Source of the DNA: Gammaproteobacteria bacterium
GTDB taxonomy: Bacteria > Pseudomonadota > Gammaproteobacteria > Eutrophobiales > Eutrophobiaceae
DNA length: 64,000 nucleotides
Assembly: GCA_965200295.1 (NCBI GenBank)
Contig: OZ241347.1
Location: forward strand, 3,244,639-3,308,638
Reading direction: 5' to 3'
Every line of letters starts with the position of its first letter. The first letter of the stretch is position 1. Positions 1-12,000 of this stretch are shown here, piece after piece. The translations under genes and the position numbers were made by a program. The notes below the pieces were generated by a model. It was not told the DNA's origin and did no database searches. It saw nothing but the letters and a program-made list of their open reading frames with translations.

Positions 1-1
1 G

Positions 2-3000
2 ACCGGCGACATCACGGTGACCGGCGGCGCGAAGGGTGCGCTGACCGACGGCACGGACAACTACGAACTGTCGGTCACCCCGACAGGCGATGCCGACGTG
101 GTGATCACGGTGGCGGCGAACGCCGCGACCGACGGCGTCAACACCGGCCCGGCCGGCGACGTGACGGCGACGGCGACCTGGATCCCGCCGGGCGTGACCA
201 CGGCGCAGCCTGCGGACAGGACAGTGACGGAAGGCGACACGTCGGACACGGCGACCTTCACCGTGGCGCTCGCCACCGAGCCTTCAAGCGCCGTGGCGGT
301 GACGGTCACCGCGCCCGCCGGGCTGGAACTCGACGGCCCCGACAGCTCGACCGCCTTCAGTTCCAGCGAGACGCTGAGCTTCGCCACGAACGCTTGGAGC
401 ACGCCACAAACCGTAAGGGTGCGCGCCACCGACGACAGCGCGGACAGCCCGCGCGGGCGCCAACTGGCCGTCACCTACGCCGCCACCTCGTCGGACGGCG
501 GCTACAGTGGACTGACCGGCACGGCGGCGACGGTCACGGTGATCGACGACGACGCCACCGAGGTGACCCTCGCGGGCGCCGATGGCAACGTCGAGGAGGG
601 GGACACCAAGGAGTTCACCCTGACCCTGAACCGCGGCCTGGTCAACGGCGAGGCGCTGCCCGTGCCGCTCAACTTCGGCGGCGCGGCCACCCGCGGCACG
701 GACTACACCACCGCCTGCCCGTCCCCCCTGCCCGACGGCGTGACGTGCAACAACCTGAACACCGCCACCACCCCGACAGTCACCTTCACCGGCCCTAGCA
801 CGGGCGCGACCGCCACCAGCGTCACGCTGACGCTGAGCGCGACCGGCGACAGCATGGAGGAGGGCAGCGAGACGGTGACCATCGGCCTCGGCGCGCTGGA
901 CGCGAACTCCGGCAGCGGCCTCGGCGGCGGCGCGTCCGGCAGCGGCAGCCTCGACTTCTCCATCACCGACCCCAACCGCGCCCCGACGGTGGACAAGGCG
1001 CTGCCCGACCGCCAGGCGCCCGTCGGCCAGGCGTTCAGCTACCAGTTCCCGGCCGACGCCTTCACGGACGCCGACGGCGACACGCTGGACTACACGGCCA
1101 CCCGAGGCGACGGCACGGCGCTGCCCACTTGGCTGACCTTCACCGAAGCCACCCGCACCTTCTCCGGCACGCCGCAGTCGGGGAACGCCGGCACCCTGAC
1201 GGTGCGGGTCACCGCCGACGACGGCAACGGCGGCACGGTGCAGGACACCTTCACCCTCGTCGTGGCGGCGGCCGCGGCCACGGTCTCGCTGGGCATCGAC
1301 TTCCCTCCCCTGGAGGGTTTTGACAACAACGCCGAGGTGAAGGTGAGTCTGTCCCCGACGCTGTCCGCCGAGGTGGAGGTTTACCTCAGCGCCACCGACG
1401 TCACCGCCACCAAGGGCGACGACTACGCCGCCGGCACCCAGACCGGCCCCGACGGCACGACCGGCCTGTACAAGGTGACCCTCGCGGCGAACACGGCCAG
1501 CGCCACGCTGTCCATCGCCTTGACGAACGACACTCTCTTGGAAGGCGAAGAGACCTTCACGGTCGCCGTCGCCGACATCGTCAGCACCTCCGTCATCGGG
1601 CGCGCCGCACCCCTGACCATCGCCATCGGCGACGACGAGCACCCCTTTGTGGCCTCGGCCTACGAAGTGGTGGTCAGTGAAGAGTCGGGCAGCCGCGAGG
1701 GGTCCTACACCCTGAGGCTGTACGCCGAGCCCACGGCCGAGGTGACCGTGGCGGTCGTCCCGGCCCCGTCCGGCGTGGCCACGGCCGCCCCCGCCAGCCT
1801 GACGTTCACCGCCGACGACTGGAACGTCGCGCGGACGGTGACGGTCACCGCCTTAGACGACGACATCGTCAACCCGTTGAACTCGACGTTTGGAGCAAGA
1901 GGAAGGCTGACCGAAATTCGCCCCACGGGCACTTCGGACGACGGCCGGTTCGAGGGGCTGGCGCGGGCCACCGCCATCTTCGTCAACGACGACGACACCG
2001 CCGGCTTGGCCTTCACGCCCGCCGCCCTGACGGTGCCCGAGGGCGGCAGCAACACCTACACGGTGGCGCTGACCAGCGAGCCGAGCGCCACCGTCACGGT
2101 GGCGGTGGCCGGGGCCAGCGGCGAGGTGACGTTCGACACCGGTCCCGCGGACGGCGTCCAGACCACGCCCCTGACGTTCACCACCGACACCTGGAACACC
2201 CCGCAGACGGTGACGGTCCTGGCGGCGGACGACGCCGACACGACCAACGACAGCGCCACGCTCACCCACACGGCCAGCGGCGGCGACTACGCCAGCGTCA
2301 CCGGCGACCTGGAAGTCACCGTCACCGACGACGACTCGCCCTCGGTGACCCTGGCGGTCTCGGCGGCCAGCATCACCGAGGGCGGCACCGCCCTGACGCT
2401 CACCGCCACGCGCAGCGAGGCCAACGCGTCCGGCGCGGCCCTGGAATTCCCCATCCGGGTGAAGGCGGCCGGCACCACGGCCCAGCCCGCCGACTACACG
2501 CTGGGCGCCGCCAGCATCAGCATCCCCAACAACATGAGCAGCGGCACGACCACCTTCACGGCGATCGACGACAACGCGGACGAGCCGGCGGAGACGGTGG
2601 TGGTCGAGCTGCACACGCCGCCGTCCGGCACGGAGCTGGGCACCGCGACGGAGGTTGCGATCACCATCACCGACAACGACGCCACGGCGGTGACCCTGTC
2701 CGGCGATAACTTCCGGGTCTCCGAAGGGCGCAACGACAAGACCTTCACCGTGGCGCTGGGCCGCGGCCTGGAGGCCGGCGAGGCCCTGACCGTGCCGCTG
2801 ACCATCGCCGGCACGGCCACGCGCGGCACCGACTACACCCTGTCCTGCGATAGCGCCATCGGCGTCAGTTGCGAGGACCTGAACAACACCGCCATGAACA
2901 ACAACCCGCGGGTCGTCTTCACCGGCCCGGACGCGGGCGCGACCGCCGCGAGCGTGACGCTGAGGGTGGCGGCGGTGGACGACGGCATCTGGGAGACCAA

Positions 3001-6000
3001 CGGCGAGACGGTGGACATCGGCCCCGGCACGCCCACCGGCACGGGCCTCGGCGGCGGCGTCGCGGCCCCCGCCGACAACCTGCCGGTCTTCCGCATCCTC
3101 GATCCCTACGGCCTGGTCTTCACGCCGGCCGCCATCAACATGAACGAGGGCGCCACCGTCAACTACACGGTGGCGCTGAGCCGGGAGCCCAACCTCGCCG
3201 TGACGGTGACGGTGGCGAGCGACGACAGCGATGTGACGTTCGACACCGACTCCGGCATGGCCGGCAGCCAGAACACCCTGGGCTTCACCACGTCCGACTG
3301 GGCGACAGGGAAGACGGTGACCGTCTCGGCGGCGCAGGACGACGACACCGCGGACGACAGCGCGACGCTCACCCACACCGGCAGCGGCACGGGCAGCCTC
3401 TACGAAGGCGTCACCGGCGATCTGATGGTCACCGTCAACGACGCCGACGCCGACGGCGTGACGGTCGCCGAGACCGGCGGGGGCACGGCGGTGACCGAGG
3501 GCGGTGGCGACGAGGACACCTTCACGGTGGTTCTGGACACGCCGCCGGGAGGCCCTGCCGAGGTCTTCGCGGCCGCCGCTTCGGGCGTCGAGCTGGAGGG
3601 GCCGGACCCGAACCTCGACTTCAGCGCCAGCGAGCGGATTGGCTTCTCGAGGCAGACGGGCAACCCGGGGGGATGGGACGGCCCCCGGACCGTGCGGGTG
3701 CGGGCGACGGCCGCGTCGGAGAACGGGACGGACGCGCCCGGCTCGCGGACGGCGGTGGAGGTCACGTTCACGACCAACGAGCTTGGGGCAGGCACCGCCT
3801 ACGACGACCTCGACGTGCCGGCGCTGTCGGTGGACGTGATCGACAACGACCCCACTTCGGTGACGCTGGCGCGCACGGGCGGCACGGGCTTGGTGGCGGA
3901 GGGCGGCACGGCGACGCTGACGGTGACGCTCGGGCGCGACCTGATCGCCGGCGAGACGGTGACGGCGCCGCTGACGGTCTCCGGTACGGGCGTCACGCCC
4001 GGGGACTACACGCTCATCCTGGCGTCGGGCGGGAGCCTGAACAATGGAGTGACGCTGAACGCGGGCTCGCCATACACCGCCGCGCAGCCCGCTGTGGTGT
4101 TCACGGGGTCCGACACGGGTACGCAGCAGGTGGCGACGCTGACGCTGACGGCGGCCACCGACGGCGACGCCAACGAGACGCTCTCCATCGGCTTCGGCAG
4201 CGTGACGAGCAACCTCGACCGGGCGGACGCCTCCACCAGCGGCACGGGCGGCACGAGCACCGCCGGCGCGCCGGTCGCCATCACCGTCGGCACGGTGGAC
4301 ACCGCCGCCCCGACGGCCACGCTCACCAACGTGCCGGCCAAGATCAACGACCGCACGCCGTTCACGGCGACGGTCACCTTCAACGAGCCCGTGACCGGCT
4401 TCATCGCGGGCGACATCACGGTGGCGGGCGGCGCGAAGGGCGCGTTCACCCCGGTCAGCACGACCGAGTACACCCTGGTCGTCACCCCCGCCGGCGGCGC
4501 CGACGTGGTGGTGACCGTGCTGGCCGATTCGGCCACCGACGGCAACAGCAACACCGGCCCGGCCGCGGCGGTCGTCGAGACCGCGGTCTGGGACGCCACC
4601 GCGCCGACGCTCGACATCACCGGCCTGCCCGACAAGATCAACGACCGAACCGCGCGCACGGTGACCTTCACCTTCTCGGAGGCGGTGACGGGCTTCGCGA
4701 CGGGCGACGTGAGCGTGTCCGGCGGCGCGAAGGGCGCGTTCGCGGGCGACGACGGGGACACCGAGTACACCCTGCTCGTAACGCCTGCCGGCAGCGCCGA
4801 CATCGTGGTGACGGTGGCGGCGAACGCGGCGACGGACGGCGTGAACACCGGCCCGGCGAGCCAGCAGGCCGAGACGGCGGAGTGGGACACGACCGCGCCG
4901 ACGCTGAGCATCACCGGCCTGCCGGACAAGATCAACGACCGGACCGCGCGCACGGTGACCTTCACCTTCTCGGAGGCGGTGACGGGCTTCGCGACGGGCG
5001 ACGTGACCGTGTCCGGCGGCGTGAAGGGTGCGTTCACGGGCGGCGACGGGGACACGGAGTACACGCTGCTCGTGACGCCCAACGACGGCGCCGACGTGAC
5101 GGTGACGGTGGCGGCGAACGCGGCCACCGACGGCGCGAACACCGGCCCGGCGAGCCAGCAGTCGGAGACGGCGGAGTGGGACGCGACCACGCCGACGCTG
5201 GCTATCAGCGGCCTGCCGGAGAAGATCAACGACCGGACGGTTCGCACGGTGACCTTCACCTTCTCGGAGGCGGTGACGGGCTTCGCGACGGGGGACGTGA
5301 GCGTGTCTGGCGGCGTGAAGGGCGCGTTCACGGGCGGCGACGGGGACACGGAGTACACGCTGCTCGTGACGCCCAACGACGGCGCCGACGTGACGGTGAC
5401 GGTGGCGGCGAACGCGGCCACCGACGGCGCGAACACGGCCCCGGCGAGCCAGCAGTCGGAGACGGCGGAGTGGGATGCGACCGCGCCGACGCTGGAGATC
5501 AGCGGCCTGCCCGCGAGCATCGACAGCACCGCGGCGCTCACGGCGACCTTCACCTTCAGCGAGGCGGTGACCGGCTTCGCTGCCGATGACATCACCGTGG
5601 CGGGCGGCACGGCGGGCGTGTTCGCATCGACCAGCGCCACGGTGTACACCTTGATGGTGACCCCCGCCGGCAGCGCCAACGTGGTGGTGACGGTGCGCGC
5701 GGACGCGGCCACGGACGGCCTGAACACGGGGCCTGCGAGCGCGGAGGAGGCGGCGGCGGCGTGGGAGCCCCCCGCCGCGCCGACGGGCCTGACGGCGACG
5801 CCGGGCAACGCGCGGGTCTTCCTGAACTGGACAAACCCGTCCGACAGCGACATCGACAAGTACCAGGTCCGCCAAGGCACCGGCACGACCGTCACCTGGG
5901 GGGAGTGGACGGACATCGGGAGCAGCACGGCCACCACCATCGCCCACACGGTGACCGGCCTGACCAACGGCACGGCGTACAGCTTCCAGATCCGCGCCCT

Positions 6001-9000
6001 GGACGGCACGGCGGAGAGCACGGAGTCGAACACTGCGGTCGCCACGCCCGCCGCCGCGCTGGTATTCACGCCCGCCTCGCTCAACGTGAACGAGGGCATG
6101 GACCGCACCTACACCGTGGCGCTGGCCAGCCGGCCGACGGGCGGCGTCACGGTGACGGTGGCGAGCGACAACACCGACGTGACGGTGGACACCAACTCCG
6201 TCATGGCCGGCGACCAGAACACCCTGAGCTTCAGCACGACCAGCTGGGGCACCGCGCAGACGGTGACCGTCGCCGCGGCGCAGGACGTTGACACGACGAA
6301 CGACACCGCCACGCTGTCGCACAGCGCGACCGGCGGCGGCTACGGCTCGGTCACCGGCGATGTCACTGTCACCGTCACCGACGACGACTCGCCCTCGGTG
6401 ACCCTGTCGGCCTCCGCCGCCAGCATCACGGAGGGCGGCACCGCCCTGACGCTGACCGCGACGCGCAGCGCGGCCAACACGTCCGGCGCCACCCTGAACT
6501 TCCCCATCCGCGTCAAGACGGCGGACACCACCGCGCAGGGGAACGACTACACGGCGCTGGCCGCCAACATCGGCATCCTCAACAACGCCAGCACCGGCAC
6601 CGCCACCTTCGCGGTGACCGACGACAACGTGGACGAGCCGCCGGAGACGGTGGTCGTCGAGCTGCACACGCCGCCGTCCGGCACGGTGTTAGGCGCCACC
6701 AGGGAAGTCGAGATTACCCTCACCGACAACGACGCCACCGCGGTGACGCTCAGCGTGCCGGACGCCAGCGCCGCCGAAGGCAGCAGCACGGACCGGGCCA
6801 CGCTGCGGTTGAGCTTAGACCGCGCCTTGCGCGCCGGGGAGAGTCTGGGCATCCCGCTGGCGTTCACGGGCGGCGCCGTGGGCACGGACTTCACCCTGGC
6901 CCTCTCGGGTAGTCCCACGGGCGTGGCGTTGAGCGGCAGCACGGTGACGTTCACGGGCAGCGGCGGCGGCTCGGCCACAAGTGCCGACATATTGCTGAGC
7001 GCCTCCGCGGACGCGGACGGCACGGACGAGACGGTGACGGTGGGCATCCCCGCCGCCTCGTCCGGCACGCCGCCCATCCTGGCGGCCGCTAGCTTAGATG
7101 GCGGCGCCACGGGCCGCCGCACCGGCGACGGGCAGATTGTCCTGAGCGACACCACCCCGGTGGTGAGCTTTGCCACAAGCAGCGGCACCGTGGCGGAGAA
7201 CGGGGGCACGCGCAATGTGGCGCTGAGCATCAGCCCGGCCCCCACCGCCACCATCACGGTCAACTACACCGTGACCGGCTCTGCTACGGAAGACGCTGAC
7301 TTCTCCATCACCGGCTCGGGCACGGTGACGGTGGCGGCCACTGCCGGCAGTGTGAACATCCCGGTGGTCGTCACGGACGACAACGCGGACGAATCTGCCG
7401 AGACGGTGATTTTGACCTTGAGCAGCGGCACGGGCTACGCCGTGGGCAGCGCCAATGTGCATACCCTCACCCTCACGGACAATGACACGCCGGCGTTGGT
7501 GTTCAGCGCCCCGTCCCTGACGGTGGACGAGGGGAGTAGCGCCACCTACATGGTGAAGCTGGCCACCCTGCCCACGGGTAGCGTCACGGTGACGGTGGCG
7601 AGCGACAACACCGACGTGACGGTGGACACCGACACCGGCACGAACGGCAACCAGAACACCATGAGCTTCAGCACCACCACCTGGAACACCGCGCAGACGG
7701 TGACGGTGGCGGCGGCGCAGGACGACGACACCACCAACGACACCGCCACGCTGTCGCACAGCGCAACCGGCGGCGGCTACAACTCGGTCACCGGCAATGT
7801 GGCCGTCACCGTCACCGACGACGACTCGCCATCGGTGACCCTGTCGGTCTCCGCCGCCAGCATCACCGAAGGCGGGACCGTCCTGACGCTGACCGCGACG
7901 CGCAGCGAGGCCAACACGTCCGGCGCCACCCTGAACTTCCCCATCCGCGTCAAGACGGCGGACACCACCGCGCAGGGGAACGACTACACGGCGCTGGCCG
8001 GCAGCATCGGCATCGCCAACAACGACAGCAGCGGCACCACCACCTTCGCCGTCACCGACGACAGCAATGACGAGCCGCCGGAGACGGTGGTCATCGAGCT
8101 GCACACGCCGCCGTCCGGCACGGTGCTCGGCGCCACCAGGGAAGTCGAGATTACCATCACCGACAACGACGCCACTACCGTGACCCTGGCGGGCGCGGCG
8201 GGCAACGTCGCCGAGGGCGACACCAAGACCTTCACCGTGACCTTAGGGCGCGCCCTGGTCAGTGGCGAGAGCCTGCCCGTGCCGCTGACCTTCGCCGGCA
8301 CGGCCACGCGCAACACCGACTACACCAGCGCCTGCGCCACCGCCACCGGCGTGGCCTGCCAGGACTTGAACAATGTCGCCCAGGGTAACAACCCCCGCGT
8401 CACCTTCACCGGCCCATCGGCCAACGCAGTCACGCTGACTTTGAGCGCCACCGCCGACAACACCGCCGAGACCGGCGATGAGACGGTGGACATTGACCTG
8501 GGCACGCTGAATGCCAACTCCGGCACCGGCTTAGGCGGCGGCGCCTCCGGCAGCACCACCCTGGCCACGTTCTCCATCACCGATCCCAGCGCCCTCCCGG
8601 TGCTGACCCTCAGCGGCGGGGCGGCGGTGACCGAGGGGGCCGCGGCGAGCTTCACGGTGACGGCCGTCCCAACGCCGACCTCCACCCTGATTATCAACCG
8701 CAACATCGCGGACGCGCCGGGCGCGGACTTCTTAGCGGACACGGACGAGGGGGACAACGACTTCTGGGTCTTCTCGAGTGGCCAGTCCTCGCGCACCTTC
8801 ACCATCTCCACCGTGGCCGACAGCGTCGATGAGCCCAGCGGCCCGGTCACCGTGACCCTTAGGCCGCGCCCGAGCGAGTACACCTTGGGCGCCCCGGCCA
8901 GCGCCACGGTGACGGTGAACGACGACGATGGCGACACCACCCCAGTGGTGAGCTTTGCGGCAGGGACCGGCACGGTGGCGGAGAACGGGGGCACGCGCAA

Positions 9001-12000
9001 CGTGGCGCTGAGCATCAGCCCGGCCCCCACCGCCACCATCACGGTCAACTACACGGTGAGCGGCACTGCGGGGAGCAGTGACTTCTCCATCACCGGCTCG
9101 GGCACGGTGACGGTGGCAGCCACTGCCACCAGCGTGAACATCCCGGTGGCCGTCACGGACGACAACGCAGACGAATCCGCCGAGACGGTGATTTTGACCT
9201 TGAGCAGCGGCACGGGCTACACCGTGGGCAGTACCAATGTGCATACCCTCACCCTCACGGACAACGACACGCCGGCACTGGTGTTCAGCGCCCCGTCCCT
9301 GACGGTGGACGAGGGGAGCAGCGCCACCTACACGGTGAAGCTGGCCACCGAGCCCACGGGCAGCGTCACGGTGACGGTGGCGAGCGACAACACCGACGTG
9401 ACGGTGGACACCGACACCGGCACGAACGGCAACCAGAGCACCCTGAGCTTCACCACCACCACCTGGGACACCGCGCAGACGGTGACGGTGGCGGCGGGGC
9501 AGGACGACGACACCACCAACGACACCGCCACGCTCACCCACAGCGCCAGCGGCGGTGGCTACAACAGTGTCACGGGTAACGTGGCGGTCACGGTGACGGA
9601 TGACGACGCGCCCGTTGTGCCGGTACTGACCCTCCGTGGCGGCGCGACGGTGGTCGAGGGCAGCAATGCGGTGTTCACGGTGACGGCCAGCCCGGCGCCC
9701 GCGTCCACCCTGACCATCAACCGCAACGTCGCCGACGCGTCGGGCGCGGACTTCCTGGCCGCCTCCGTCGAAGGCGACACCGATACCTGGCGCTTCCCGA
9801 GCGGGCAGACCGCGCAGACCTTCACCATCCCCACCATCGGCGACAGTGTCGATGAGCCCAGCGGCCCGATCACCGTGACCCTGCGCCCGCGCGCTGGCAG
9901 CTACACCTTGGGTACCCCAGCCACGGCCACCGTGACAGTCAGTGATGACGACAGTGGCGGCGACCCTGAGCCCGACCCGACCCCCGATCTTGACGACAAC
10001 GGCGGTGGCGGTGGCGGCGGCGGTGGTGGTGGTGGCGGTGGCGGTGGCAACCCCGACCCGACGCCAGAGCCCGAGACTGAGCCCGAGCCCGAGCCCGACC
10101 CCACGCCGGCGCCCGACTCCGACCCCACCCCCGGCCCGTTAACGCTGACGCTCACTGTAGGCGGGCCCGGCCATACTGTCGCGCCCGCTGCCCCCGGCGC
10201 CATGGCTTCTGCGGACAGCCTGGTCCTGGCGCTCGCGCCGCCGCCGGTGACTGACCGCCCCGGCAACACCGATGACAGCGGACAGGGCGACGCCGCCGGC
10301 GTCACGCCGGCAGCGCCGCGCCGCAGCAGCTATCAGGTGCGCTTAGGCGCCCGCCCGACCGGGCCGGTGACTCTCATTCCGATAAGCTCAGACCCGGCCG
10401 TGCTGGCGGTCGGCGGGCCGGTGCGGATTACCCCGGACGAGTGGACCGTGCCGCAACGTATTACCCTGACGCCATTGGCCGCCGGCTGGGTGAGCATTAC
10501 CCACCGCATCCGTGGCGGGGGTTACGACGGGCAGAGCTTACCCGAAGTCATTGTGCGCGTAGGCGATGGCGGCGTGGACCTGCGCAAGACGCAGAGCTTC
10601 GATTCAGACCCGGCCGCCACTGCCGCGGGCATCGTGGCGCCGGACCCCGACGGTGACGACAACGGTGAGGGCGCGAACGCCGATACCGAGGAGGGTGCGA
10701 CAGACTCCGGTAGTGATGACGGCGCGACAGACCCCGAGGACGGCACGGCGGACACCGATGCCAGTGACGGTACGACCGACGGCGAGGGCGCGACCCCTGC
10801 GGGCGACGGCGACGCCGGCGCGACCGACGCCGAGGACACCGGCACGGCGGGTCAAACCCTCGATACCGAGGACGGCGACGGCGAAGGGGCTGCTGCGGAC
10901 GCCGATGATGCCGACGCCGATGCGGCCACGCCGGACACGGACACAGGGGTCGCTGAGAACGACCTGACGCCTACCACGCAAGCCGCCCCGCCTGCGCCGC
11001 CCGCCCCGCTCCCCACCGGCGTGTTAGCCACCCTGGCCCGCGGCCATCTTGACAGCGCTCATGCGGTGCTGGGTCGTCGCTTCACGGCCGGGACCAATGA
11101 GTCCGAGCGCTTAACCTTAGCCGGGCGCACGCTGTCATTAGGGGCGCTGCTCGGCCGGGACGGCCCCGGCGGGATGTCCGGCGCGACCTTCAACCCCGAC
11201 ACCTTAGCGCCCCCATATCCGGGCGGTCTGTCCTGGCGCGAGGCCACCGGGCGCTGTGTGTCCTGGACGACGGTCGCCTGCGGCACGGACGTATCTTCTG
11301 ACCCGGCCACCCCGGCCAGTGGTCAGGCCGGGCTGTGGGAGACGCTGGTCTATCAACTGCTGACCGGGCAGTTACGCGGGGCGGGTCTTAATGCCGATGC
11401 CCTGTGGCGCGACAGTGGGTTTGCCTTGACGCTGGGTGGGTCTGACGCCCCCGGCGTGGCCCCCACTCGGCGTTGGACGCTGTGGGGACAGGGCCATGTG
11501 CATACTCTGACCGGTGTAGCCGGCAGCAGTGTCTTGGATACTGCACTGCGCACCGGTTATCTGGGGCTGGACACGGCCTTGGGCGAGTCGGGCCGAGTGG
11601 GTCTGGCGTTGTCCCAGGGGGATGATGCCAGTGCGCTGCGCACGGTGCACCCGTACCTGTCCTGGTCACACGGGGCGTTGCGCGTCTCGGCCTTAGGCGG
11701 GATTGGGCGCAGTACCGGGCGTAGCGCCACGCGCACGGGGTGGGAGTCCTACCGTGAGGCGGGGCTGGGGCATCGTGTCACGCCCCGGTTCGATACAGTA
11801 GCGGGCGATGCGTTAGCCAGCGCCCAGGCTGACAGCGCCCACGGCGATACCTTATCCCACCACTTGACCGCCCAGCCCTTACGTCTGCATTTAGGCCGGG
11901 TGGATATCGCCCGCCCGTTAGGCGCGCTAGGCGGGATGACGTTCGATGCTCGCGCCGATGCCGCCTGGGCGCACTTAGCGCGCACTGATGAGGCCGGGCA

